Assembly: GCA_964498285.1 (NCBI GenBank)
Contig: CAZCGN010000001.1
Span: 444,681 to 508,680, forward strand
Origin: an uncultured Methanosarcinales archaeon
GTDB taxonomy: Archaea > Nanobdellota > Nanobdellia > Woesearchaeales > GW2011-AR9
DNA length: 64,000 nucleotides
Direction: 5' to 3'
This document shows positions 54,638-64,000 of this stretch, one piece after another. The first letter of the stretch is position 1; every line of letters begins with the position of its first letter. Under the pieces are notes generated by a model. It had not been told where the DNA came from, did no database searches, and worked only from the letters and a program-made list of their open reading frames with translations. The position numbers were made by a program, and so were the translations under genes.

Positions 54638-55150
54638 TTATGACTTAAATATCGTCTTATCCACGCTAAGAAACTTATCGTGAATACTTCTAATTGTATT
54701 TTTTAAACGAGCAAAGTTTCGCTCTTCGTTAAATTCTGATTGATATAATTTACGTGAGATGTTTGATAAATGATTCAAACTCTCATGTGAGGCATCTAAC
54801 TCTCCTAGGATTCTTTTGTACTGCTCAACTTTAAGAAACACAAACTCATCGGCAGGTTCAACATATGTTGGCGCAACAGCTGCTTGTGGTTCTCGCACAA
54901 ACGGGCGGGCAGCTGGCCTTGTTTTCTTAGGTTCTGGTAAATTTGCAAAGGGATCAGTTAAAAACTCATCTTTTGTTGGTTGTTTTGTAGGAGCTCTTAT
55001 AGGATTATCAAATCCTGCCGCTTTCTTAAGATCTTTTGGTGCAACAGGAGGGCCCCCCTTGTTATCAAACGAGAATGCACTCTCATCCAACTTTCGCATA
55101 GGTACAGGCACATCTAGTGCCTTTTTCTTCTTCTTAAAAAACCAACCCAT
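54638..55150 (-). CDS. Hypothetical protein with N-terminal MGWFFKKKKK, a Pro-rich linker and a C-terminal FLKVEQYK domain; first of three tandem paralogs
   Basis: The C-terminal FVFLKVEQYKRILGELDASHESLNHLSNISRKL parallels the 78-aa ORF. 3-nt gap to the next gene. Confidence 0.4.
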   Translation of the reverse strand: MGWFFKKKKKALDVPVPMRKLDESAFSFDNKGGPPVAPKDLKKAAGFDNPIRAPTKQPTKDEFLTDPFANLPEPKKTRPAARPFVREPQAAVAPTYVEPADEFVFLKVEQYKRILGELDASHESLNHLSNISRKLYQSEFNEERNFARLKNTIRSIHDKFLSVDKTIFKS

Positions 55151-55267
55151 CGTGCCCTTTAAAAAGGAAGAACGTCTTTTAAACTTTCTTTAGTACTGTA
55201 GAATGGTTAATCTCTTTTTGATCATAAAACACGTAGGATATAAAAGGTTCAACTACTTTCTTGCAAT

Positions 55268-57235
55268 ATGAGCAAGATACATCTTTGTTATCTTCTTATA
55301 ATTTTAGGACTTCTCGTCAATGTAGCTGAAGCATCAATTATCATAAATGAAATTCAGTATAATCCCACTCAATGTTCTGATGCATATTGTGAATGGATCG
55401 AATTATATAATCCAACAAATCGTACGATAAACCTCACTAATTGGAAACTGTGTTCAAGCACAATTTTGCCTGGATTCATTAATCATTCAACCAGGGAAGT
55501 AAAAAAATCCCACGCATCTCTTCTTCCAGCTTTCTCGTTTGGAGTAATCACTGATGGTGGAAGTGGTACTGATGCGTATTCTTACTTTGATATTGATTCT
55601 AGTTCGTATGCGTTTCATGTTGAAGCAGGTTCTTTGTGCGGTGGGTTAAGTGACAGTCACGATATAGTGCTCCTTGAAATGCCAAATGGTACTCTTGCTC
55701 ACGAAGTTCAATATTCAGATGTCATGGGTGCCGATGGTAATAATTATACATTAGAGAGACGAAATGAGGGTACGTTTGGTCAATCAATTGTAGAGTTTGG
55801 TACTCCAGGTTCTAATAATAGCATTGCTCAACTTTCAGCAGAGTATTCAGTTCTTACAATAACTGAAGTTATGCCTAATCCATTTGGAGCAGACGATTCT
55901 GAAAAACCATTGGGTGAATGGGTTGAGATTTTTAATAGTGGAAAGTCTGCAATCAATCTTGCAGGACTTTTTCTAACCGATGAAAAATTTGAAAACGAGT
56001 TGTTTATATCAGATAGTTCAATCTTTTCTGAAAGTGGTACTATTATTAACGCAAATGATTACAAAGTAATCTTCAAAGCGCAAGATTCAGATTTTTCATT
56101 AAACAACAATGGGTACGAAGAAGTCCATTTGTATACAAGGGAGAGCGATGAAATAACTAAAATGTCGTATTCTGGTTCAACTGAAGGGATGAGTTGGTCC
56201 GAGCTTAACGGTGTTTGGTATACAACAGAACCAACCCCAGGGAGTCAAAACAGTCATGTTGAACAATGTGATTGGGAAATTTTTCTTGAAATGCCAAACA
56301 CTATTTTTACAGGAGACGATTTTGATTTTAAAGTGCACCTTGAGCGTCTTGTCGGCACTGACGCTGAAATAACCGTGCGCGGAAGAATAGAAAATATTAA
56401 TGGTGAGGTTATCAAAACATATTCGCCTTGGACAGATAAGCGTATAACTACAACAAATTCTAAAACATACTCGCCAAACTTACAAGAAGGAACATATCAA
56501 CTTACCTTTGAAATTGAGGATCTCTCATGCAACGATTTTTCTTTTACGAACAACAAGGTCCAAGAACTTATCGCTATTAATCAGCGATATTTAGATGATG
56601 AGTCAACATTGAATATTGAAAACATGTATTTGGGTTCTGATAAGACAGCACGTTGGGGGGATCAGTTTCGTGTACGAGCGAATGTATACAGGGGTGATGC
56701 AAGTAAATATGCTGTTGAACTTTGGGCAGAAAAAGACGGAGAACAGATAAGTAAACGTACTAAAATTAACGTGCACGATCGGTATTCTTACTATGACTTA
56801 ACTATCCCTCTGTTTCTTGATGCGAACTGTGATGATTCATTTTCTGATGGAAAAGCAACTTTGATGTTAGAGGGGCTTGATGTTAAGGCAACAGAACATT
56901 TTGTAATCGAGGGGCATGATACTGCACTTTGTAACCAAAGTTCTGTTCCATTTGAAAAAAATACAATTTTAGTTGAGAATGTGGACCTCTTGGCCTCTCC
57001 TGGTTCTATTTCTTCTAATAAGAAAGATGGTTTAGAAACAAACATCTTAAACAGAACCCAAGAAAAATCTGCGATTCTTGGGCAGGAAAGCTTCTTTGAT
57101 ACTTCAATTTTAGAAAAACGAAAAGGAATTGTAGTGTATGAATCAAGCTCAGTTAAAGCAGCTAAGTTGGTACCTTTCTTCATGATTTTTTGTGTGAGTA
57201 TTCTGATTTTCCTATTTTTCAAAAAAGAGATTTGA
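55268..57235 (+). CDS. Cell-surface protein with two lamin-tail (LTD) domains, an N-terminal signal peptide and a C-terminal membrane anchor
   Basis: LTD signatures IINEIQYNP...EWIELYNP...NLTNWKL and ITEVMPNPFG...EWVEIFNSG. C-terminal hydrophobic LVPFFMIFCVSILIFLFF. Confidence 0.7.
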   Translation: MSKIHLCYLLIILGLLVNVAEASIIINEIQYNPTQCSDAYCEWIELYNPTNRTINLTNWKLCSSTILPGFINHSTREVKKSHASLLPAFSFGVITDGGSGTDAYSYFDIDSSSYAFHVEAGSLCGGLSDSHDIVLLEMPNGTLAHEVQYSDVMGADGNNYTLERRNEGTFGQSIVEFGTPGSNNSIAQLSAEYSVLTITEVMPNPFGADDSEKPLGEWVEIFNSGKSAINLAGLFLTDEKFENELFISDSSIFSESGTIINANDYKVIFKAQDSDFSLNNNGYEEVHLYTRESDEITKMSYSGSTEGMSWSELNGVWYTTEPTPGSQNSHVEQCDWEIFLEMPNTIFTGDDFDFKVHLERLVGTDAEITVRGRIENINGEVIKTYSPWTDKRITTTNSKTYSPNLQEGTYQLTFEIEDLSCNDFSFTNNKVQELIAINQRYLDDESTLNIENMYLGSDKTARWGDQFRVRANVYRGDASKYAVELWAEKDGEQISKRTKINVHDRYSYYDLTIPLFLDANCDDSFSDGKATLMLEGLDVKATEHFVIEGHDTALCNQSSVPFEKNTILVENVDLLASPGSISSNKKDGLETNILNRTQEKSAILGQESFFDTSILEKRKGIVVYESSSVKAAKLVPFFMIFCVSILIFLFFKKEI

Positions 57236-57302
57236 CTTTTTTGTCGAACTAGCAAGTTCACCTTCGAAACACTTAAAAACCTCAATACAACAAAGATATT
57301 CC

Positions 57303-57875
57303 ATGGTAAAAATAACTGCTCGCGTAGTCATTGAAGTGTTAGGAAAACCCCTCGAACATGTTGAAAAGGCTCTTAGAGAATACCTTGAGAAGCTTAAGGG
57401 AGACGAGAGGTATACTGTAACAGAAGTGGAAACTGCCGAGATTAAAAAACAAGAGGACGAGGAGCTTTGGATGAATTTTGCTGAAGTAGAATTTATAACT
57501 GAGAAAATGGAAAATCTTACCTCCTTTTGCTTTGATTATATGCCTTCAATTATTGAGATTGTAAAGCCTCAAGATATTGCGCTCAATAATTCTGACCTTA
57601 CTCACTTTTTGAACGATTTACAGGCAAAATTGCATCAAGTAGACATGGTTGCAAAGAAACTAAACATGCGCAACAAGCATTTGCAACAGAACTCTGCAGG
57701 GCTGCTCAAAAACTATATCCAAATCCTTTTAAGTAAGAAAGGTTTAACTTTAAATCACCTCTCAAAACTAACTGGTGTTGATACCCAAACATTGGGGGAC
57801 TATTTAGATAAATTAATTGATGGAAAAAAGGTAGATCTAACTGGAGATGTGTACTCTCTTGTTGATAACAAGTAG
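57303..57875 (+). CDS. Hypothetical protein with a C-terminal winged-helix-like region; a possible divergent ScpA-like kleisin partner of ScpB
   Basis: 190 aa, immediately upstream of scpB. The C-terminal LTLNHLSKLTGVDTQTLGDYLDKLIDGKKV is HTH-like. No canonical ScpA motif seen. Confidence 0.3.
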   Translation: MVKITARVVIEVLGKPLEHVEKALREYLEKLKGDERYTVTEVETAEIKKQEDEELWMNFAEVEFITEKMENLTSFCFDYMPSIIEIVKPQDIALNNSDLTHFLNDLQAKLHQVDMVAKKLNMRNKHLQQNSAGLLKNYIQILLSKKGLTLNHLSKLTGVDTQTLGDYLDKLIDGKKVDLTGDVYSLVDNK

Positions 57876-57883
57876 GTGTAAAG

Positions 57884-58501
57884 ATGGATAATCAAAAACG
57901 TGTTGAAGCTGTGCTTTTTGCAGTAGGGAAGGGTATAACCTCCGAGAGAATCGCATCTTTATGTTCACTTGAGCAAGCCGAAGTTGAAAAACATCTTGCA
58001 ACGCTTCAAAAAGACTATGCCTCACGTGAACATTCTTTACATATTACTCAAATTGAAAATACCTGGAAACTTACTGTTCGAGATGAATTCATTCCTCTTG
58101 TAAGCTCAATTGTTCAAACATCAGACATGGAAGGAGCTGTGATGCAAACACTTGCAGTGATTGCGTGGAGGTATCCAGTGGTCCAGTCTGAGATTGTTAA
58201 ATTGCGCGGGCCAAGCGCGTATGAGCATATGCGCGAACTTATTGAGCAAGGATTTGTTGCCAAAGAGAGGTTTGGTAGAACATATAAAGTAAAACTTACA
58301 AAAAAATTCTTTGAGTTCTTTGATTTGCCTTCGCAAAAAGCAAAAGAAGCATTCTTAGCGCAAGTTCCGGCAGAGATTCTTACTGAAGCTGAGAACGTTA
58401 ATAAGGAAGTTGACGAGGTTGAGCGTTTAGTTCAAGAACAAGAAAAACAAACCGCCGCAGTTTCCGAAATTTCTAAAGCAATGAATGATGTGAAGAAGTG
58501 A
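57884..58501 (+). CDS. scpB: Segregation and condensation protein B (ScpB)
   Basis: VEAVLFAVGKGITSERIASL plus tandem winged helices. Confidence 0.7.
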   Translation: MDNQKRVEAVLFAVGKGITSERIASLCSLEQAEVEKHLATLQKDYASREHSLHITQIENTWKLTVRDEFIPLVSSIVQTSDMEGAVMQTLAVIAWRYPVVQSEIVKLRGPSAYEHMRELIEQGFVAKERFGRTYKVKLTKKFFEFFDLPSQKAKEAFLAQVPAEILTEAENVNKEVDEVERLVQEQEKQTAAVSEISKAMNDVKK

Positions 58502-58520
58502 GGCTCGCTTAGGTTGATTA

Positions 58521-59357
58521 TCATGTAATTATTGCTTTGATTTGATCTGTTGAAAGAGTTCCTTCTCTAAGGCCTTTTATTATTCTAACACTCTCTTTTA
58601 GTCTTTCTTCTCCTCCATTGATCAAACCTAGAACGAGTGGATGCGTTGATTTTAGTCCACCTCGCCGTTGAATGATATCAGAAATTCTGAATTGTATTGC
58701 ATTCTCGAAAGAACCTTTTGAGTCCGGCAGCCATTCTATAGTACATAACGCGTCAACCGCTGTCAAAATTTTAAGTGATAAATTATCTGGTTTTGGGTTC
58801 ATACCCAAGAACTTTGATCGCCTTTTTTCTAGTGCAAGAATTTGTGGAGCAACAAAATGCAATGCCATTGCTTCTGCAAATTCTTTGTTATCAAGGTGGA
58901 TTAACTGGAAGTATGTGAGTATCTCATGGACTGGATTTGAATCGAGTTTATTTGGGTTGTTTTTTCCATTTCCCCCAACTAAATATATTGAATCTTCCAG
59001 AAGGCCCGCTAATTCCATTTGGGCGCGATTTAAGATATGTTCAGCAAGGGAAGGATAGTTTTTGAGGGCCAAGTCAACTGTTTCTGCAACTTTCTTGGCG
59101 ACCAGCTTGCAATGAGCGCTATATGTTTCACCAACGTTGCCAATCTTCTTAGCTTCAAGAACTACAGAGTCAAATAGTTTGTATGCACTTGCCATATCTG
59201 GATTTACTTCTTTTGTCATCTCCCACAACTCTTTGATTTCTAAATCTAATCTTTGACTTGAGTGTATATATGGAAGAACTTCTCGATGGTAGAGGGCTTG
59301 GCTTGTCACGGCTCTTTTTAGCAGACACTGCTTATAATACTTCTCATTTTTTACCAA
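58521..59357 (-). CDS. Hypothetical protein
   Basis: 278-aa helical ORF with no motif recognised. Confidence 0.35.
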   Translation of the reverse strand: MVKNEKYYKQCLLKRAVTSQALYHREVLPYIHSSQRLDLEIKELWEMTKEVNPDMASAYKLFDSVVLEAKKIGNVGETYSAHCKLVAKKVAETVDLALKNYPSLAEHILNRAQMELAGLLEDSIYLVGGNGKNNPNKLDSNPVHEILTYFQLIHLDNKEFAEAMALHFVAPQILALEKRRSKFLGMNPKPDNLSLKILTAVDALCTIEWLPDSKGSFENAIQFRISDIIQRRGGLKSTHPLVLGLINGGEERLKESVRIIKGLREGTLSTDQIKAIIT

Positions 59358-59494
59358 CCACTGCCTAGTTTTTCATATCGTGTCGCTCAATCACCACAAG
59401 CTTTATAAAGCGTCCTTCGCTTCAGAATTCTATAATTTATCGACGAGAAAAGGTGATTTTAAAATCTTATTTTAACGATTTGAACTAGAAGAAA

Positions 59495-62083
59495 ATGGAT
59501 GAAGCTCAAGACCAAACGATTGCTCAAGAAGAGTCCAGAATTATCACAAAACCGATTCAGGATGAGATGAAGCAAGCATACATAAATTATGCTATGGCTG
59601 TGATTGTAGGGCGCGCATTGCCTTGCGCAAAAGATGGTCTTAAACCAGTACACCGGCGTATCCTGTATGCAATGTACGATATGGGGATGCTTCATAATAA
59701 GCCCTTCAAAAAGTGTGCAAGAATTGTCGGAGAAGTTCTTGGAAAGTATCATCCACATGGGGATACTGCAGTATATGATTCTCTAGTTCGTATGGCGCAA
59801 GAGTTCTCACTCAGGTACCCACTCATATTTGGCCAGGGAAATTTCGGATCTATTGATGGTGATAATGCAGCAGCAATGAGGTATACTGAGGCGAAATTAA
59901 CAAAGCTTGCTGAAGAGTTGCTTAAAGATATTGAAAAAGAGACGGTTGATTTTAAGGATAATTTTGATGCGTCTTTAAAAGAGCCAACACTTCTCCCCTC
60001 AAAATTTCCAAACCTTTTACTCAACGGAAGTTCTGGGATTGCAGTTGGAATGGCAACAAACATCCCACCGCATAACATGGAGGAAGTCTGTTCTGCAATT
60101 GTTGAAATGATTAAAAACCCTGAAATTGGCGTGCAAGAGCTAATGGCAATTGTGCCTGGTCCAGATTTTCCAACAGGTGGCGAAGTATATGTGGGGGAGG
60201 AACTTCTTGCAGGATACACTCGTGGGCGCGGGCGGGTTGTGATAAAGTCAGTAGTAGATATTGAAGATAAAAAATTAATTGTACGCGAAATTCCGTATCA
60301 AGTAAACAAATCTGATTTAATCATCCAGATCGCAAACCTCGTTAAAGAAAAGCGAGTTGTAGGAATCCGTAATATTAATGATGAGTCTGATCGTGAAGGA
60401 ATCCGAATAGTTATTGACCTTAAAGGCGATGCTGATGCGCAAGTTGTTTTAAACCAGCTCTATTCATTCTCCCGTCTTCGAACATCATTTAGTTTAAACA
60501 TGCTTGCATTAGTAAACAATGAACCAAAACTTCTTGGTCTTAAAGAATTATTAGAGCAGCACATTATTCACAGAAAAAATGTCATTATCAAGAGGACCTC
60601 ATATGATTTACGTAAGGCAGAAGAAAGACTGCATATTCTTGAAGGATTACTGGTGGCTCTTAATAATTTGGATGATGTGATTCCCGCAATTAGAAAGAGT
60701 GCAACAGCTGAGGATGCGCGAAATCATCTTATGGCAACATATTCTTTAACCGAACCTCAAGCAAAAGCAATTTTAGATTTAAAGTTACAAAAACTCGCAT
60801 CGTTAGAGCAGGAAAAACTACGAACGGAGCATAAAAATCTAACAGACCTTGCAACAAGTCTTCGCGAGATCTTATCCTCAGAAGAGAAAGTTCATGAAAT
60901 TATTATTGAAGAGACTCAAACAATCTCCGAAAAGTTTGGCGATGCTAGAAGAAGCAAAATTTTGCAAGGCGAGAGTGGCAATATTGATATGGAAGATTTA
61001 ATTGAAGAAACCAAACAAGTTGTCACCCTTACAAACGCAGGATACCTTAAACGTCTTCCACTTGATACTTATCGAACACAACATCGCGGTGGAAGGGGCG
61101 TTTCTGCAACAGGTATGAAAGAAGAAGATTTCATCAAAGATGTGTATGTAGCATCAACACATTCTCATTTACTGTGTATAACAGATCTTGGTCAGCTGTA
61201 CTGGCTTAAAGTCTATCGTATTCCTGAAGGGAGCAGACAAGCGCGCGGCAAACACATTGCAAACATAGTTGAGCTGCGTGAAGGTGAGCACATTACAGCA
61301 ATTGTTCCTGTACGAAACTTTGAACAAGGATTTTTGTTCATGGCAACTCGCAATGGAACTGTTAAGAAGACTCAAATGTCACAATTCTCAAAACCGCGAA
61401 AGGGAGGAATAAGAGCAATTGATCTTAGTGAAAATGATTCTTTAGTTGGCGTTCGATACACTCCTGGCGATCAAGAGATCATTCTTGCAACAAAGAGAGG
61501 CCAAGCAAACAGATTTAGAGAATCAGACGTGCGGGCAATGGGAAGGTCCGCGCGAGGCGTGCGGGGAATTCGTCTGAGTGAAGGAGATAGTGTTATCGGT
61601 CTTCTTGCAGCAGACAATTCTAAACAGATTCTCACAATTACGACAAAAGGGTATGGGAAACGAACCGATATTAGTGAGTATAGGTTGTGTAACCGTGGAG
61701 GAAAAGGTGTTACGAATGTCAAGATAACTGATAAAAATGGCGATGCGGCGCAAGTAATGGTTGTAGATGGAACTGAAGATCTAATGCTTGTTTCACACAA
61801 TGGGATTGCAATTCGTATGAGAACTGGGGCGGTATCACATATAGGAAGATCAACACAAGGTGTTCGTGTCATGAGGTTATCTCAAAGTGATGTTGTTGTT
61901 GCAGCAGCAAAGATTGCAAGTGAAGATGTCTCAAAAGCAACAGAAGAAAACGAGGAAGAAGCACAGGTAAATGTAGTGGATCAAGAGGTAGAATCTTCAG
62001 CAGAAGTGTTAGGTAACGTAGAAGAAGCAGATGAGAACACAGAAGGTAAAGAACCTGATGGATCTAACGAAATCAATGAGTAA
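59495..62083 (+). CDS. gyrA: DNA gyrase subunit A
   Basis: [28 protein letters not shown] with the catalytic Tyr region. C-terminal beta-pinwheel repeats and an acidic tail. 862 aa. Confidence 0.95.
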   Translation: MDEAQDQTIAQEESRIITKPIQDEMKQAYINYAMAVIVGRALPCAKDGLKPVHRRILYAMYDMGMLHNKPFKKCARIVGEVLGKYHPHGDTAVYDSLVRMAQEFSLRYPLIFGQGNFGSIDGDNAAAMRYTEAKLTKLAEELLKDIEKETVDFKDNFDASLKEPTLLPSKFPNLLLNGSSGIAVGMATNIPPHNMEEVCSAIVEMIKNPEIGVQELMAIVPGPDFPTGGEVYVGEELLAGYTRGRGRVVIKSVVDIEDKKLIVREIPYQVNKSDLIIQIANLVKEKRVVGIRNINDESDREGIRIVIDLKGDADAQVVLNQLYSFSRLRTSFSLNMLALVNNEPKLLGLKELLEQHIIHRKNVIIKRTSYDLRKAEERLHILEGLLVALNNLDDVIPAIRKSATAEDARNHLMATYSLTEPQAKAILDLKLQKLASLEQEKLRTEHKNLTDLATSLREILSSEEKVHEIIIEETQTISEKFGDARRSKILQGESGNIDMEDLIEETKQVVTLTNAGYLKRLPLDTYRTQHRGGRGVSATGMKEEDFIKDVYVASTHSHLLCITDLGQLYWLKVYRIPEGSRQARGKHIANIVELREGEHITAIVPVRNFEQGFLFMATRNGTVKKTQMSQFSKPRKGGIRAIDLSENDSLVGVRYTPGDQEIILATKRGQANRFRESDVRAMGRSARGVRGIRLSEGDSVIGLLAADNSKQILTITTKGYGKRTDISEYRLCNRGGKGVTNVKITDKNGDAAQVMVVDGTEDLMLVSHNGIAIRMRTGAVSHIGRSTQGVRVMRLSQSDVVVAAAKIASEDVSKATEENEEEAQVNVVDQEVESSAEVLGNVEEADENTEGKEPDGSNEINE

Positions 62084-63173
62084 TACAACACATTCTTTTT
62101 TTAGCGTATGTAATCCTGGACTTGCTAAGCTCTCTTTACAAGAAGCTACAGAAATAAGCAATACAAAAGCTCAATTAGTGCGTGAAGCAGCGATTTTTTC
62201 AGTTGATATCTCTTGCGCAGTAGAGTTATTTAGAAAAAATCAATCGTTCACGTATCTTTCGCTATTATTATGCAAGTGTTCAAAGGTTGAAGAATTTTCC
62301 TTACGTAAAGAGCTTGTGAGCAAAAATTTGTTTGGTGCAGCCGCGACATTCAGTGTTGAAGTAAAAGGCGTTAAAGGCCAGGAAAACAGGATTGAAGTTG
62401 CAAAGAGGTTTTACCAAGCGTTTTCTGATGAAGTGACTTCTGGTAACATTCCCCAGCTCGAACTTGATCATAAAAAGCCAGATGTTCAATTTTTAATTTA
62501 TGATACTCAAGAAGGTTATCTCGTTGGATTACAATTGAATAGAGAAGATTTCAGTTCACGAAAGTTCCGCGTATTCGCGCATCAAGCATCATTCAAGGGT
62601 GATTTTGCATACAACATTGTTCGAGAATCGGGTGTAACACCAGATGATTCGCTTCTTGTGATGTTTGCACGTGACGGAGCTATTGCAATTGAAGCAGCAT
62701 TGTTTCTCAACAAGCTTCCTGTACGAAAGGTGAGCAGGAAGGATTTTATTTCTTCAATCCCACTCTTTAAAGGTGTCTTAGGAAAAGAGTATGGGCCATT
62801 GGATCAAACCCGAAGGGTAACTTCTTTTGATTCTCGTTTAGGCAACATTAGGGCTCATAGAAATAATGCTAAAATTGCAGGAGCTTTAGAGTATCTTAAT
62901 ACAAGTAAATGCGCAGTAGATGATGTTGATACAAGATTTGAGAAAGAAATGTTTAGTAAGGCTATTGTCCATTTGACAAGGCGTGATGAGCACGAACTGA
63001 ATGATGTATATTACCAGTTAAAATATGTTCTACAAAAAGGAGGAAAAGTCCTTTTTGTTACGCGCCTAGGATTTGAGATGGTGGTCCCAGAATCTTTTAG
63101 TAAAATATTTCAGAAAACTGTTATGCGTGGGAAATCTGAGTATGGTTTTATTCTTTTAGAAAAGAAAAATTAA
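62076..63173 (+). CDS. THUMP-domain protein, a putative (possibly degenerate) RNA methyltransferase of the Trm14/RlmL type
   Basis: Start taken at MSNTTHSFF, overlapping the gyrA stop by 8 nt. N-terminal ferredoxin-like/THUMP architecture. The MTase motif I region ([19 protein letters not shown]) lacks the usual DPxCGSG glycines. Confidence 0.45.
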   Translation: MSNTTHSFFSVCNPGLAKLSLQEATEISNTKAQLVREAAIFSVDISCAVELFRKNQSFTYLSLLLCKCSKVEEFSLRKELVSKNLFGAAATFSVEVKGVKGQENRIEVAKRFYQAFSDEVTSGNIPQLELDHKKPDVQFLIYDTQEGYLVGLQLNREDFSSRKFRVFAHQASFKGDFAYNIVRESGVTPDDSLLVMFARDGAIAIEAALFLNKLPVRKVSRKDFISSIPLFKGVLGKEYGPLDQTRRVTSFDSRLGNIRAHRNNAKIAGALEYLNTSKCAVDDVDTRFEKEMFSKAIVHLTRRDEHELNDVYYQLKYVLQKGGKVLFVTRLGFEMVVPESFSKIFQKTVMRGKSEYGFILLEKKN

Positions 63174-63589
63174 TTGATAACTTTTCCAATTATGTAACAA
63201 TCTTCGCCGAAACCGTGTTTTTTCAGAAGGTAACATTCTTCAAATCCCATCTTTTCGTAAAAACCTTTTGCCTTATACCTTTTAAGACTCCAACACCATA
63301 GTTTTGGAACCTTCTCTTTTTTGCATTTTTGCAACGCAAATTTAACCAGGGCAGTTCCCCCTCCTTTCATCGAAGATGCAATAGTAATAATCTCGTAGCA
63401 AAATTCTTCAAGTTTCAAAAGCATTGCAGCAACAACTTTTCCGTTATTTGTAGCTACAAAACCTTCGCCTTTTTCAACATAAGCCCGAACTCTTTTAGAA
63501 TCAGATGGAGAATATTTCTCAAAATCTAGGACTGTAAAAAGTCTTGAGATTTCCATACAATCTTCTTTCTTGGCTGGCCTAACTTTCAT
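63170..63589 (-). CDS. GNAT-family N-acetyltransferase
   Basis: GGGTALVKFAL acetyl-CoA binding motif. 139 aa. Confidence 0.6.
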   Translation of the reverse strand: MKVRPAKKEDCMEISRLFTVLDFEKYSPSDSKRVRAYVEKGEGFVATNNGKVVAAMLLKLEEFCYEIITIASSMKGGGTALVKFALQKCKKEKVPKLWCWSLKRYKAKGFYEKMGFEECYLLKKHGFGEDCYIIGKVIN

Positions 63590-63679
63590 GAAAAATGAAT
63601 ACGTCCTTTCATTAATTTAAATGTTTGCTCATAAGATCCCAAGTAACATTTAAATAGCTTCTTTACGTCTTTGTGTTTT

Positions 63680-64000
63680 ATGATTACAGCATTTGAAAAG
63701 ATAGCACGCATCAAGGAATATTACAAGTTTTCAAAAGAAGAGCTAACGTCATTTGTATTAATTACGTTTGCAGTAGGATTTATCTTTTCAATTCAGTTCC
63801 CCGGCGAAACATTTACCTTAGTGCGTTGGTTCTACTTTTTTATTTTGGCGAGCTTTGTGAGTGCAATTTCAATTTTTGCAAGAGTATCTGCTCAAAAGAT
63901 CCAAGGAGTCTGGAGGGGATACTTTATACAGTTCAAACCGTGGTGGCCAGGGGTTGTCGGAGGACTAGTAATAGCATTCATCTCACAAGGATATGTTACA
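63680..64000 (+). CDS. Membrane protein, 3'-partial at the window edge
   Basis: ATG at 63680. The frame is open to the window end and encodes several hydrophobic helices. Confidence 0.3.
   Translation, partial: MITAFEKIARIKEYYKFSKEELTSFVLITFAVGFIFSIQFPGETFTLVRWFYFFILASFVSAISIFARVSAQKIQGVWRGYFIQFKPWWPGVVGGLVIAFISQGYVT

Noticed and set aside
1-64000. Looked for CRISPR arrays, rRNA genes, transposases, integrases and large direct repeats
   Set aside because: None was visible. The only sizeable non-coding interval is the origin region, and the other intergenic gaps are under 350 bp.

Overview
This window reads as an AT-rich, lysine-rich archaeal chromosome segment, very likely from a small-genome DPANN-like archaeon. 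It carries a replication and information-processing core.

Main genes, in order:
- A ubiquitin-like sulfur-carrier / Ncs6-TtuA / E1-like tRNA-thiolation module, then TBP, MCM and an RPA2-like OB-fold protein.
- An AT-rich origin of replication with inverted ORB-like repeats directly upstream of orc1/cdc6.
- PolD small subunit, a CYTH-Nudix fusion, and PolD large subunit.
- aIF2-beta, TFE-alpha (with a long Lys-rich tail), Hjc, RNase Z and TyrRS.
- tRNA-Pro, then the conserved L37ae-RpoP-prefoldin-beta cluster.
- DRG GTPase, an ABC exporter, an AsnB-like::Dph6-like fusion, CTP synthase, PCNA and a beta-CASP RNase.
- An intron-containing tRNA-Leu, ScpB, gyrase A and a lamin-tail-domain surface protein.

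Several blocks are visibly GC-richer and Arg/acidic-rich compared with the rest, so they look horizontally acquired.
- The first block (1-4313) holds four unknown ORFs, including a convergent pair of paralogs.
- The second block (43799-50521) is the most striking candidate system. It is a tightly packed cassette of adenylosuccinate-lyase-like, N-terminally extended PurM-like, PurN-like and a 426-aa PurC-like(?) enzyme, convergent on an HD-domain (dGTPase/SAMHD1-like) phosphohydrolase.
- A single GC-rich gene at 32004-32906 and a His-rich DsbA-like gene at 40745-41701 look similarly foreign.

No CRISPR array, rRNA, transposase or integrase was detectable by eye. All calls rest on motif recognition in the supplied translations and on inspection of intergenic DNA; no searches were run.
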